In this document: piece by piece, positions 31,930 to 41,522 of the stretch
How positions within the stretch are numbered: the first letter of the stretch is position 1
How the letters are laid out: each line of letters begins with the position of its first letter
DNA from: Candidatus Eiseniibacteriota bacterium
GTDB taxonomy: Bacteria; Eisenbacteria; RBG-16-71-46; JACRLI01
Assembly (NCBI GenBank): GCA_016235265.1
Contig: JACRLI010000022.1
Coordinates: 9,257-73,256, forward strand
Reading direction: 5' to 3'
Length of the DNA stretch: 64,000 bases
The notes under the pieces: generated by a model
Database searches by the model: none
Told to the model about the DNA's origin: nothing
The model's input: only the letters and a program-made list of their open reading frames with translations
Made by a program: the position numbers and the translations under genes

Positions 31930-33336
31930 ATGGCGGACGCGTTGGATGTTTCGCGCGAAGGCTACACCGAGAAATACGGGTTCCACGATGACGAGCAGCA
32001 CGTGTTCAAGATCCGCAAGGGCCTGGACGCGTCCATCGTGGAGGAGATCTCGCGCATGAAGGGCGAGCCGGACTGGATGCGGGAATTCCGGTTGAAGTCG
32101 CTCGACATCTTCATGAAGAAGCCCATGCCCAACTGGGGCGGCGACCTCTCGGGCATCGACTTCCAGGACATCTACTACTATGTGAAGCCCACCGACCAGG
32201 AGTCCCGCACCTGGGAGGACATCCCGGCGGACATGAAGCGGACCTTCGACCGCCTGGGGATCCCCGAGGCGGAGCAGAAGTTCCTGTCGGGCGTCGGCGC
32301 GCAGTACGACTCCGAGGTGGTGTACCACCGCATCAAGGAGGACCTCGAGAAGAAGGGCGTGGTGTTCCTGTCGTGCGATCACGGCCTGAAGGAACGGCCC
32401 GAGCTGTTCCGGGAGTACTTCGGCAAGCTGATCCCGCCCTCCGACAACAAGTTCGCGGCGCTGAACTCGGCCGTGTGGTCCGGCGGGTCGTTCATCTACG
32501 TCCCCAAGGGCGTGCGGGTGGACGTGCCGCTGCAGGCGTACTTCCGCATCAACACCAAGGACATGGGACAGTTCGAGCGCACGCTGATCATCGTGGACGA
32601 GGGCGCCTACGTGCACTACGTGGAAGGCTGCACCGCGCCCACGTACTCCAGCGACTCGCTGCACTCGGCGGTGGTGGAGATCTATGTGCGCCCCGGCGGG
32701 CGCTGCCGCTACACCACCATCCAGAACTGGTCGAACAACGTGTACAACCTGGTGACCAAGCGCGCCGCCGCCTACCGCGACGCCACCATGGAGTGGGTGG
32801 ACGGCAACCTGGGCAGCAAGCTGACCATGAAATACCCCGCGGTGCACCTGATGGAGCCGGGCGCGAAGGCGGAGGTGCTTTCGATCGCCTTCGCGGGCAA
32901 GGGCCAGCACCAGGACGCCGGGGCCAAGGCGGTGCACTTCGCCTCCAACACCACCTCCAGCGTGGTGTCCAAGTCCATCTCGCAGGGCGGCGGCCGCGCC
33001 GGCTATCGCGGGCTGGTGAAGATCGCCAAGGGGGCGGTGGACTGCAAGTCCACGGTGCGCTGCGACGCCCTGATCCTGGACGACCAGTCGCGCTCCGACA
33101 CCTACCCGACGATGGAGATCGAGGAGGACCGCGTTTCGGTGGGCCACGAGGCCACCGTCTCCAAGATCGGGGAGGAGCAGATGTTCTACCTGATGAGCCG
33201 GGGCCTGAGCGAAGCCGAGGCGTCCGCGATGATCGTGAGCGGCTTCATCGAGCCGGTGGTGAAGGAACTGCCGATGGAGTACGCCGTGGAAATGAACCGG
33301 CTGATCCAGCTGCAGATGGAAGGATCGGTGGGTTGA
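31930..33336 (+). CDS. sufB: Fe-S cluster assembly protein SufB
   Basis: Full-length SufB homology (468 aa), including the C-terminal ...[17 protein letters not shown]... Confidence 0.93.
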   Translation: MADALDVSREGYTEKYGFHDDEQHVFKIRKGLDASIVEEISRMKGEPDWMREFRLKSLDIFMKKPMPNWGGDLSGIDFQDIYYYVKPTDQESRTWEDIPADMKRTFDRLGIPEAEQKFLSGVGAQYDSEVVYHRIKEDLEKKGVVFLSCDHGLKERPELFREYFGKLIPPSDNKFAALNSAVWSGGSFIYVPKGVRVDVPLQAYFRINTKDMGQFERTLIIVDEGAYVHYVEGCTAPTYSSDSLHSAVVEIYVRPGGRCRYTTIQNWSNNVYNLVTKRAAAYRDATMEWVDGNLGSKLTMKYPAVHLMEPGAKAEVLSIAFAGKGQHQDAGAKAVHFASNTTSSVVSKSISQGGGRAGYRGLVKIAKGAVDCKSTVRCDALILDDQSRSDTYPTMEIEEDRVSVGHEATVSKIGEEQMFYLMSRGLSEAEASAMIVSGFIEPVVKELPMEYAVEMNRLIQLQMEGSVG

Positions 33337-34670
33337 TGGCCATCCTCAAGAGGTCCCCGGCGACCCGGGAACTGCCTGCCACATTCGGCGAGGAGGCGCT
33401 GCGGGCGTTGCCGTCCGCGGCGAAGGAGCCCGCATGGCTCTCGGCCCGGCGCCGCGAGGCGCTGGAGCGCGCCGCCGAACGGGCATTCCCGATGCGCGAC
33501 GACCCGCAGTGGCGCCGCACCGACCCGGCGCGCTTCCGGCTCGACGGGCTCACCCCCGCGCCCGCGGCGGGCCCGGGCTCCGGCGAGGCGCTGAACGCGC
33601 TGCTCCGCGACCTGCCGCAGGCCGAGGGGCGTGGCGGCCTGGTGGCCACGGTGGACGGGGTGGTCGTCCGGGAGGACGTCTCCCCGGAAGTGGCGGCCGC
33701 CGGCACGGTGCTGGCCGGGTTCGATTCCGCCGCGCGCGGGCACGGCGACATGCTGCAGGCCGGCCTGCCTCCGGCCACCGCGCGCGCGGACCGCTGGTCC
33801 CACCTGAACGCCGCGTTCGTCACCGGCGGCGCGCTGGTGCGCGTGCCGCGCGGTGCCACGGTGGAGGCCCCGCTCTGGGTCCTGCACCGGGTGGACGCCC
33901 CGGGCCGCGCCGCGTTCCTGCACACCGTGATCCACGTCGAGGCCGGGGCCTCCGTCACCGTGGTGGAGTTGCTCCACGGGGACGACGCCGCGGCCTCGCT
34001 GGCGCATCAGGAACTGGACGTGCGGGTGGAGGCGGGCGGCCGGCTGCGCTACCTGCGCATCCAGGAGCTGGGGGCCGCCACCGCGTTCCTCTCCAGCGAG
34101 CGGCTCCTGCTGGAGCGCGACGCCAGCGCCGAGTGGGGCTGGGGGGCGTTGGGCGCGGCGGTGGCCCGTTCCGAGATGACCGCGAGCCTGCGCGGCGAGG
34201 GATCACACGCGGTGCTGGCGGGCTTCTACCACGGCGCCGGCACGCGCCACCTGGACCACCGCACGTTCCAGGACCACGTAAAGGGCCACACCACCTCGGA
34301 CCTGCTGTACAAGGGAGCGCTGGAGCAGAGAGGCAGCTCGGTGTACACCGGCCTGATCAAGGTGCACAAGGACGCGCAGCGCTCCGACGCCTACCAGGCC
34401 AACCGCAACCTGCTCCTGGCCGACACCGCGCGCGCGGACTCGATCCCCTCGCTGGAGATCGAGGCCAACGACGTGCGCTGCACCCACGGCGCCACCGTGG
34501 GCCAGCTCGACGAGGAGCAGCTGTTCTACCTCCGCAGCCGCGGCATCCGGCGCTCCGAGGCGGCGCGCCTGATCGTGGAGGGGTTCTACGAGCCGGTGTT
34601 CGACCGCCTGGGCGCGGAATCGCTGCGCGACCTGGCGCGCGCGCGGCTCACCGGGAGGCTGATCTTGTGA
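33336..34670 (+). CDS. sufD: Fe-S cluster assembly protein SufD
   Basis: TGATG overlap with sufB. SufD-type beta-helix and a C-terminal ...EEQLFYLRSRGI... paralogous to the SufB tail. Confidence 0.88.
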   Translation: MAILKRSPATRELPATFGEEALRALPSAAKEPAWLSARRREALERAAERAFPMRDDPQWRRTDPARFRLDGLTPAPAAGPGSGEALNALLRDLPQAEGRGGLVATVDGVVVREDVSPEVAAAGTVLAGFDSAARGHGDMLQAGLPPATARADRWSHLNAAFVTGGALVRVPRGATVEAPLWVLHRVDAPGRAAFLHTVIHVEAGASVTVVELLHGDDAAASLAHQELDVRVEAGGRLRYLRIQELGAATAFLSSERLLLERDASAEWGWGALGAAVARSEMTASLRGEGSHAVLAGFYHGAGTRHLDHRTFQDHVKGHTTSDLLYKGALEQRGSSVYTGLIKVHKDAQRSDAYQANRNLLLADTARADSIPSLEIEANDVRCTHGATVGQLDEEQLFYLRSRGIRRSEAARLIVEGFYEPVFDRLGAESLRDLARARLTGRLIL

Positions 34671-34672
34671 CC

Positions 34673-35905
34673 ATGACGCCATCGACCCGGGAGGGCCTGG
34701 AATCGCTGCGCGCGGAGTTCCCCATCCTCGCGCGCAGGATCCACGGCAAGCCGCTGGTCTACCTCGACAGCGCCGCCACCAGCCAGAAGCCGCGGGCGGT
34801 GCTCCGGGTCATGGAGCATTTCTACGAGCACACCAACTCGAACATCCACCGCGGCGTGTATTCACTCAGCGAGGAGGCCACGGCGCTCTTCGAGGGGGCG
34901 CGCTCGCGCGTGGCGCGCTTCCTGGGGGTGCCCGCCCGGGAACTGGTGTTCACCCGCAATGCCACCGAGGCGGTGAACCTGGTCTCGTACGCCTGGGCCC
35001 GCTCCACGCTCAAGGCCGGCGATGCCGTGGTGCTCACCGAGATGGAGCACCACGCGAACCTGGTTCCGTGGCACATCCTGCGCGACGAGCGCGGCATCGA
35101 GCTCCGCTACATCCCCGTCACCCCCGAGGGCCGGCTGGACCTCTCCGGCCTCGACCGGCTGCTGGACGGGGCGAAGCTGCTGGGGGTGACCCACGTCTCC
35201 AACGTGGTCGGCACCATCAACCCGGTGCGCGACCTGGCGGCCCGCGCCCACGCGGCCGGCGCCCTGGTGCTGGTGGACGGCGCCCAGAGCGCGCCGCACC
35301 TGCCGCTGTCGGTGCCGGAACTGGGCTGCGATTTCTTCGCCTTCACCGGGCACAAGATGCTCGGGCCGACCGGTATCGGCGGCCTGTGGGCGCGCCGCGA
35401 GCTGCTGGAGGCCATGCCGCCGTTCATGGGTGGCGGGGACATGATCCGCGAGGTGCGCCTCACGGGCTCGCGGTGGAACGAAGTCCCGCACAAGTTCGAG
35501 GCCGGCACGCCGGCGATCGCCGAGGCGGTGGGGCTGGGGGCGGCGGTGGACTTCATGGAGGCGGCGGGCCGGGAGACGGTCCACGCCCACGAGCAGGCGC
35601 TGGTGAGGCTCGCGCTGGAGCGTCTGGCCGAAATCCCCGGGCTCACCGTGCTGGGCCCGCCGGCCGCCGAGCGTTGCGCCCTGGCGGCCTTCACCGTGGA
35701 CGGGGTGCACCCCCACGACATCGCCGCGGTCCTGGACCGGGAGGGCGTGGCGGTGCGCGCCGGCCACCACTGTGCCATGCCGCTGCACGAGAAACTGGGC
35801 GTGCACGCCAGTGCGCGGGCCAGCTTCCACGTGTATAATCAGGCCTCGGACGTGGACGCGCTGCTGCGCGGGCTGCGCAAGGCCGTGGACCTCTTCAGGG
35901 CGTAG
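34673..35905 (+). CDS. sufS: cysteine desulfurase SufS (class II aminotransferase)
   Basis: PLP lysine in FTGHKMLGPTGIGGL, catalytic Cys in RAGHHCAMP; 410 aa. Confidence 0.92.
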   Translation: MTPSTREGLESLRAEFPILARRIHGKPLVYLDSAATSQKPRAVLRVMEHFYEHTNSNIHRGVYSLSEEATALFEGARSRVARFLGVPARELVFTRNATEAVNLVSYAWARSTLKAGDAVVLTEMEHHANLVPWHILRDERGIELRYIPVTPEGRLDLSGLDRLLDGAKLLGVTHVSNVVGTINPVRDLAARAHAAGALVLVDGAQSAPHLPLSVPELGCDFFAFTGHKMLGPTGIGGLWARRELLEAMPPFMGGGDMIREVRLTGSRWNEVPHKFEAGTPAIAEAVGLGAAVDFMEAAGRETVHAHEQALVRLALERLAEIPGLTVLGPPAAERCALAAFTVDGVHPHDIAAVLDREGVAVRAGHHCAMPLHEKLGVHASARASFHVYNQASDVDALLRGLRKAVDLFRA

Positions 35906-35910
35906 GGAAC

Positions 35911-36351
35911 GTGGAAGACCTGTACCGGGAGCACATTCTCGACCACTACAAGCACCCCCGGAACCGGGGCACGATCGAGAACCCCGACATCACCTTCGAG
36001 GACTCCAACCCGCTGTGCGGCGACGAGCTGCGCATCGACATGCGGGTGGAGAACGGCGTGGTGGTGGACGTGAAATTCTCCGGGAACGGCTGCTCCATCA
36101 GCCAGGCCGCGGCCTCCATGCTCACCGAGCGGATCAAGGGCCAGCCGGTGGAGGCGCTGAAGGGCATTTCCCGCGAGGCGATCCTGGAGGACCTGGGCAT
36201 CGCCCTCGGTCCGGTGCGGTTGAAGTGCGCGCTGCTGGCGCTCAAGGTGATGAAGGGTGGCGTGTACGGCATCCACGAGTGGCCCGGGGAGGGTCCGTCC
36301 GGGGAAGGCGACGCCGGGGAGCCCGGAGCGGAGACCGGGCAGCGCGACTGA
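35911..36351 (+). CDS. sufU: SufU/IscU-like Fe-S scaffold / sulfur acceptor
   Basis: NifU-N fold with conserved Cys (NPLCGD, GNGCSIS, LKCALLA). GTG start. Confidence 0.85.
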   Translation: MEDLYREHILDHYKHPRNRGTIENPDITFEDSNPLCGDELRIDMRVENGVVVDVKFSGNGCSISQAAASMLTERIKGQPVEALKGISREAILEDLGIALGPVRLKCALLALKVMKGGVYGIHEWPGEGPSGEGDAGEPGAETGQRD

Positions 36352-36374
36352 ACATCCGAAAGGAAATCATCACC

Positions 36375-36668
36375 GTGGCCACCGAAGCCGAAATCCGAAC
36401 CGCGCTCGAAGAGGTGATGGACCCGGAGCTGCTGCTCTCGGTGGTGGACCTCGGCATGGTCCGCGAGGTGCGCCTCGGCATGGACGGCCACCCCACCGAG
36501 GTGGACCTCATCCTCACCACGCCCTTCTGTCCCTACGGGCCCATGCTGGTGGAGCAGATCACCGCCGTCGTGGAGCGCGTCACCGCCGGCCCCGCCAAGG
36601 TGGACGTGCTGGCCGATCCGTGGGACCCCTCCATGATGCCCGACCCCTCGCTGCTGGGGCACTGGTAG
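36375..36668 (+). CDS. sufT: DUF59 / SufT (MIP18-family) Fe-S assembly protein
   Basis: ALEEVMDPEL...DLGMV...TTPFCPYG motif; 97 aa; GTG start. Confidence 0.8.
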   Translation: MATEAEIRTALEEVMDPELLLSVVDLGMVREVRLGMDGHPTEVDLILTTPFCPYGPMLVEQITAVVERVTAGPAKVDVLADPWDPSMMPDPSLLGHW

Positions 36669-36676
36669 GCCCGCCC

Positions 36677-39007
36677 ATGGCCGCCCGGATCGCCGCGATC
36701 CGCGCCGTGCTCCGCTGCTCGCTGCTCTTCCCGGCGCTCCTGTGCCAGCCAGCCGTGCCGGTTCGCGCGGAGATCGTGCCCGGCCGCGTCGTGGTGGGCC
36801 TGGCATCGGGCGCCGGCTCCGCGCCCCTCGCGGCGCGGGCGCGCGCCTGGGGCCTGGCCGCGCCCCGCCCGGATCCCTCGCGGGAGGCCGGGCTGGCGCC
36901 GCTGGGCGCGGTCGTGCTCGAGGTCCCCGCGGGCACCGAGCGCTCCTGGGCCGCGCGGCTGCGGGACGAGCCCGGGATCCGCTATGCCGAGCCGGACGCG
37001 CTGTTCCATGCGGCCATCGCGCCCTCCGACTCGCTCTACCCGCGCCAGTGGCACCTGCGCAACTCCGGCCAGCTGCAGCCGGGCACTGCCGGACACGACC
37101 TCGGCGCGGAGCCGGCCTGGAATCGGGTGCGCGACTCCGGCTTCCTGCTGATCGGCGTGCTGGATTCCGGCTCGGACTTCGCGCACCCCGACCTCGGCAC
37201 CAACCTCTTCCGCCGCCCGGTGCGCCGGCCCCCGGCTCCCGGCGAACCCGCGGACCCGTTCCCGGGCGACACCCTGGGGTGGAACTTCATCTCCAACACC
37301 CCCGACCCGACGGACGACTTCGGGCACGGCACCGGCGTGGCCGGCGTGCTCGGCGCGCTGGGCGACAACCGGCGCGGCGTGGCCGGGGTGCTGTGGCGCA
37401 CCCAGCTGCTCAGCGTGAAGGTGCTCGGTGCCCGGGGCACGGGCAGCGGGACGCAGATCGCCGCCGGGGTGGTGTACGCGGTGGACTCGGGCGCCCGCAT
37501 CCTCAATCTCAGCGTGTCCGGGGAGGACTTCTCCACCCCGCTGCGCGACGCGCTGGCCTACGCGCGCGACCGCGGCGCGCTGGCGGTGCTGGCCGCAGGC
37601 AACGACGGTGCCAACCTGGACGTGAGCCCCAGGTACCCGGCTTCCTTCGACCTCGACAACCTGGTGGTGGTCGGGGCCAGCGACCTGGCCGACACGCTGT
37701 TGCTGTTCTCCGGCCGCGGCAGCCGCGTGACGCTGTCGGCGCCGGGCATCGAGATCTGGACCACGAAGCGGGGGGGAGGCTACGAGGCGGCCAGCGGCAC
37801 CTCGTTCGCCGCGCCGCAGGCGGCCGCGGCCGCGGCGCTGTACTGGACACTCCGGCCGTGGGAGAACTACCGCCAGGTGATGGATGCCCTGGCAGCCGCG
37901 GTAAAACCCGTGGAGGGGCTGGCGGGCAAGGTGGCGACCGGCGGCCGCCTGGACCTGGCGCACCTGGTGGACGAGGCGCTGGGGGACTCGTTCCCGCCGG
38001 CGCGGGCCGTGGACCTGGCGCCGCTGCTGCTGGGAGTGAACCGCGCCACCTGCACGCTTACCGCTCCCGGCGAGGACGGCCGGCGCGGGCGCGCCGCCGC
38101 CTACGAAGCGCGCTGGTCCACTGCTCCGCTGGGCGAAGCCTCATTCGACACCGCACAGCCCGTGGTCGTGGCGCGCCGGCCGGCGTTCGGTGGCTCGCGC
38201 GACACGGTGGTCTTCTCCGGGCTGCCGCCGCGGCGGACGGTGCACCTGGCGCTGCGCGCGCTGGACCGCTACCACACGCGCGGGCCGGTCTCCAACGACG
38301 TGGTGGTGACCCTGCAGGCGCCGCCCACCATCATGGTGTCGCCGGCTTCGCTGGCGGTGCAGGTTTCCGCGGGCGCCAACGCCTCGAGGTTCTTCAGGAT
38401 CCACAACCTCGGGGACGCGAGACTGGACGGTTCGCTGCCGCCCTTCGACGCGCCCGGGGTGGCGTGGGGGATCTCGGTGGTGGGAATCGACCTGTTCAAG
38501 ATCGCCGCGCACGACTCGGCCCGGGTGCGCGTGGACGTGGACGCCACCGACATCGCCGAGGGCAGCACCGTGGTGTTCCGCTCCGAGATCCGGTCCAACG
38601 ACCCGGAGTCACCGCGGGTGCCGTTCGAAGTGAGTGTCACCGCGACGGCGCCGAAGACGTCCGGGGACCGCGACTCGGCCGCGACCCCCGGGGGGGTGGC
38701 GAAGTCCCCGGCCATCGCCGGGCGCGCCGAAGACTACCGTGTCACCCCGATGCCCATGGCCCCGGGCGCCGCGGCGCGGTTCCGACTCGGCGCCTCGTGG
38801 GCCGCGGTGGCGGGCTTTCGAGCCCGGGTGCTGGATGTGGCCGGCCGTGAGGCGGCGCGACTCGAGGCCCCCGCGGCAGGCCGGGATCCGGTGCTCGAGT
38901 GGGGCGGGCGCCTGCGCTCGGGCGTTCCGGCGGCCTCGGGAATCTACTTCCTGGAGGTCGGCGGAGCCGGCCGCCGCCAGGTGACCCGCTTCCTGCGCCT
39001 GCGCTGA
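36677..39007 (+). CDS. subtilisin-like serine protease (peptidase S8) with C-terminal T9SS/FlgD-Ig-like sorting domain
   Basis: Signal peptide. Catalytic triad D (VLDSGSD), H (HGTGVAG), S (GTSFAAP). C-terminal ...GIYFLEVGGAGRRQVTRFLRLR resembles the C-termini of the two giant proteins at 52382 and 58525. Confidence 0.88.
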   Translation: MAARIAAIRAVLRCSLLFPALLCQPAVPVRAEIVPGRVVVGLASGAGSAPLAARARAWGLAAPRPDPSREAGLAPLGAVVLEVPAGTERSWAARLRDEPGIRYAEPDALFHAAIAPSDSLYPRQWHLRNSGQLQPGTAGHDLGAEPAWNRVRDSGFLLIGVLDSGSDFAHPDLGTNLFRRPVRRPPAPGEPADPFPGDTLGWNFISNTPDPTDDFGHGTGVAGVLGALGDNRRGVAGVLWRTQLLSVKVLGARGTGSGTQIAAGVVYAVDSGARILNLSVSGEDFSTPLRDALAYARDRGALAVLAAGNDGANLDVSPRYPASFDLDNLVVVGASDLADTLLLFSGRGSRVTLSAPGIEIWTTKRGGGYEAASGTSFAAPQAAAAAALYWTLRPWENYRQVMDALAAAVKPVEGLAGKVATGGRLDLAHLVDEALGDSFPPARAVDLAPLLLGVNRATCTLTAPGEDGRRGRAAAYEARWSTAPLGEASFDTAQPVVVARRPAFGGSRDTVVFSGLPPRRTVHLALRALDRYHTRGPVSNDVVVTLQAPPTIMVSPASLAVQVSAGANASRFFRIHNLGDARLDGSLPPFDAPGVAWGISVVGIDLFKIAAHDSARVRVDVDATDIAEGSTVVFRSEIRSNDPESPRVPFEVSVTATAPKTSGDRDSAATPGGVAKSPAIAGRAEDYRVTPMPMAPGAAARFRLGASWAAVAGFRARVLDVAGREAARLEAPAAGRDPVLEWGGRLRSGVPAASGIYFLEVGGAGRRQVTRFLRLR

Positions 39008-39084
39008 TCCCGCAGTCCGCTCCGGGCGCCAGCCTGCGCCGATCCCACACCCGCACCGGGCCCGCGCCAGCTCCCCGCGCGCCG

Positions 39085-39867
39085 CTACTTCGCCTTCGGC
39101 AGGTCCTTCAGCCACTCCTGCGCGAACTCGCGCGCCGCCCCGGTGGCCTCGCGACCCGCGCGGTACCACATCTTCCACTCCTCGGGCCTGGCCTCGAGGG
39201 TCTTGTCCGCGAAGTGCTTCTTGTAGCCCACCTTGGTGAGCTCGGCGTCGAAGTTGATGTCCGCGGTGGTGGCCAGGAACTCGCTGAGCCGCTTGCGCAG
39301 CGACACGTTGGGATCGGCGGGCGGGATCTTCGCGGATGCCATCTTCGCGTTGTACTCCGCCAGCTCCTTGTCATAGCGCGCCTTCCGCTTGTCGTAGTCG
39401 GCCTTCGCCGCGCCCTTGCTGGACTTCACCTGGGCCATGGCCTGCTTCATCTGCTCCTGCATCTCGGGCGGCATGTTGGCCATGTTGTCCTTCATCGCCT
39501 TCATGGCCTTGGCGGCGTTCGCGTCGGCCTGTTCGGCCCCGGCGGCGTTGTCCAGGGGCGGGACCGGCTTGCGCGGGGTCTCGGAGGCGACGTACTGGGA
39601 GTAGCGCGTCTTGAACTCGGCGGACTCGAAGTAGGCCCGCGTGAACGAGCCGAGGGCTCGCACCACCTCCGCGCGCCTGCCGGCGGGAATGGCCTTGAGG
39701 GCCGATGCCCCGTCCGGCACGCCCTTGAGGCCGCGCGCGAGGCCGTAGTACAGGTGCTCTTTCGCCTGGTCCTTGTCGATCTCGTACTGGCTGAACACGT
39801 CGGCGGCAAGGAGGGCCACCGGGAGCGCGACGGCGGCCAGCAGCAGGAACGGGATCACACGTCTCAT
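39085..39867 (-). CDS. secreted hypothetical protein (Lys/Ala/Met-rich, helical)
   Basis: GGAGGA RBS. MRRVIPFLLLAAVALPVALLAADVF signal peptide. 260 aa, coiled-coil-like composition. No family recognised. Confidence 0.5.
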   Translation of the reverse strand: MRRVIPFLLLAAVALPVALLAADVFSQYEIDKDQAKEHLYYGLARGLKGVPDGASALKAIPAGRRAEVVRALGSFTRAYFESAEFKTRYSQYVASETPRKPVPPLDNAAGAEQADANAAKAMKAMKDNMANMPPEMQEQMKQAMAQVKSSKGAAKADYDKRKARYDKELAEYNAKMASAKIPPADPNVSLRKRLSEFLATTADINFDAELTKVGYKKHFADKTLEARPEEWKMWYRAGREATGAAREFAQEWLKDLPKAK

Positions 39868-39988
39868 GGATTCCTCCGATTCCGGGTTCGATGACGGGGG
39901 ATGATGGGGGATCGCGGGGCCGCCGACTTCCTGGCTTCCCGCGGCCCGTGGCGGCCAGCCGCCGCCCGGGGTTCGGTGTACTGTACGG

Positions 39989-40819
39989 TCAGCCCCGGGC
40001 CGCGGCCACCAGCTGCTTCACCCGCTCCGCGTCTACCGGGTTCGAGACGTCGCCCTCGCGCTTCACCCACGTACCCACCACCGCGCCGTCGCAGGCCGCG
40101 AACCACGCCGCGGCGGTCTCCAGCGTGACCCCGCTGGCCACCAGCAGCGGCGCCGATGGCAGCGCGGCCCTCACCCGGGCGGCATCCTCGAGGGAGGCCG
40201 GCTTGCCGGTGCCCGAGCCGGTGACCAGCAGCGCGTCGGCGGCCCCGCGCAGGTAGGTGTCCTCGGCAGCCTGCTCCAGCTCTAGCGGCGCCAGGGGGGA
40301 GGCATGCTTCACCAGGATGTCCGCGAAGATCAGCGCGGCGCTGCCCAGGGCGCGCCGCAGCCGCACCGTCCCGGCCGCCCGGCCCTGGATCAGGCCCTGG
40401 TCGGTGACCATTGCGCCGGTGTGCACGTTCACCCGGATGAAGTCGGCGTCACAGGCCGCGGCGATGCCCAGCGCGGCTTCCGCGTCGCTGCGCAGCACGT
40501 TCACGCCCAGGGGCACGCGCGCCTCGCGCCGCAGTTCCGCCACCGCGCGGGCCATGGCGGCCGTGGTCACCGGGGGCACGCGGTCGGCGTGAAACGGCTC
40601 GTCACCGAAGTTCTCCACGATGATCGCCCGCGCCCCTCCCGCCTGAAGCGAGCTCGCGTCGGCCAGGGCGTGTTCGATCACCGCGTTCATGCCCCCGCGG
40701 CCCTCCGCGGCGGGGCGGTGGCGCGGCGCCCCGGGGAGCGGCAGCAGGTGCACCACGCCCACCAGCAGCGGCCGGTCGCGGTCCTTCGGGCCGAAGAGCG
40801 CCCGGAATGCCTGGCTCAC
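39989..40819 (-). CDS. BtpA/SgcQ-family TIM-barrel protein
   Basis: LLVGVVHLLPLPG...IIVENFGD...LGVNVL... is the BtpA family pattern; 276 aa. Confidence 0.75.
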   Translation of the reverse strand: MSQAFRALFGPKDRDRPLLVGVVHLLPLPGAPRHRPAAEGRGGMNAVIEHALADASSLQAGGARAIIVENFGDEPFHADRVPPVTTAAMARAVAELRREARVPLGVNVLRSDAEAALGIAAACDADFIRVNVHTGAMVTDQGLIQGRAAGTVRLRRALGSAALIFADILVKHASPLAPLELEQAAEDTYLRGAADALLVTGSGTGKPASLEDAARVRAALPSAPLLVASGVTLETAAAWFAACDGAVVGTWVKREGDVSNPVDAERVKQLVAAARG

Positions 40820-40861
40820 GAGTGCCTCCGGTTCAGGGGCGGTCGTCCGCCCGCGGGGGGG

Positions 40862-41221
40862 TCATTTCTCGAAGAACATCCTTCCGGCCACCAGGAACAG
40901 GAAGACCGCGAAGGCCTTTCGGAGCAGCGGCTCGGAGACCTTCCCGATGAGCGACGAGGTGATCAGTGAGCCCACGACGAAGCCCACCGCCAGGAACACT
41001 GCGGCGTGCAGGTTTCTCGGGCCGACGCAGCCCTGCTTCCAGTACTCGTACACCGCCACCAGGCCCAGGGGCGGCACCATCATCATCAGCGAGGTCCCCT
41101 GGGCCTCCTTCTGGCCAAACTTGAAGAGGTAGACCAGCGCGGGGATGGCGATGATGCCCCCGCCGATCCCGAAGAACCCGGCGGTGGCACCCACTCCCGC
41201 CCCCAGCGCCACGAGGAGCAT
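40862..41221 (-). CDS. small TauE/SafE (TSUP)-like membrane protein (half-size, 4 TM)
   Basis: Gly-rich TM helices (GIGGGIIAIPALVYLF... MMMVPPLG... FLAVGFVVGSL). The start is uncertain; the ORF is open to 41296. Confidence 0.6.
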   Translation of the reverse strand: MLLVALGAGVGATAGFFGIGGGIIAIPALVYLFKFGQKEAQGTSLMMMVPPLGLVAVYEYWKQGCVGPRNLHAAVFLAVGFVVGSLITSSLIGKVSEPLLRKAFAVFLFLVAGRMFFEK

Positions 41222-41367
41222 CCAGTTCACGGCAGTCCCCCCTTGTCTCGAAGAAGTCCGAGCGGCGAAGCTACCACAGGCGGCCGCATGGCGCAACGAT
41301 TCAATCTTGTAAAGTCAATGGCCGCAACGTACTATGTGACTGTTGAGAATAGTGACGCAGAAAATCC

Positions 41368-41397
41368 GCTTGTCATGCCCGGCCGTAATCTGATAGA
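41368..41397 (+). promoter_or_regulatory. sigma-70-like promoter TTGTCA-18-TAGAAT in an AT-rich island upstream of the PEP-CTERM gene
   Basis: TTGTCA 41368-41373 and TAGAAT 41392-41397; the surrounding ~240 nt are the most AT-rich stretch in the window. Confidence 0.45.
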
Positions 41398-41522
41398 ATG
41401 TTTATGTCAACTGAACGCAACAGTCTGTGTTTCCCGCCGGTCCCGGCCGGATCGAGCGACGCGGACCATGTCCCACGCGGCGTCCCGCCGCCAGCGCCCC
41501 CTTGGGGTAGGAGAAGTCTCCA

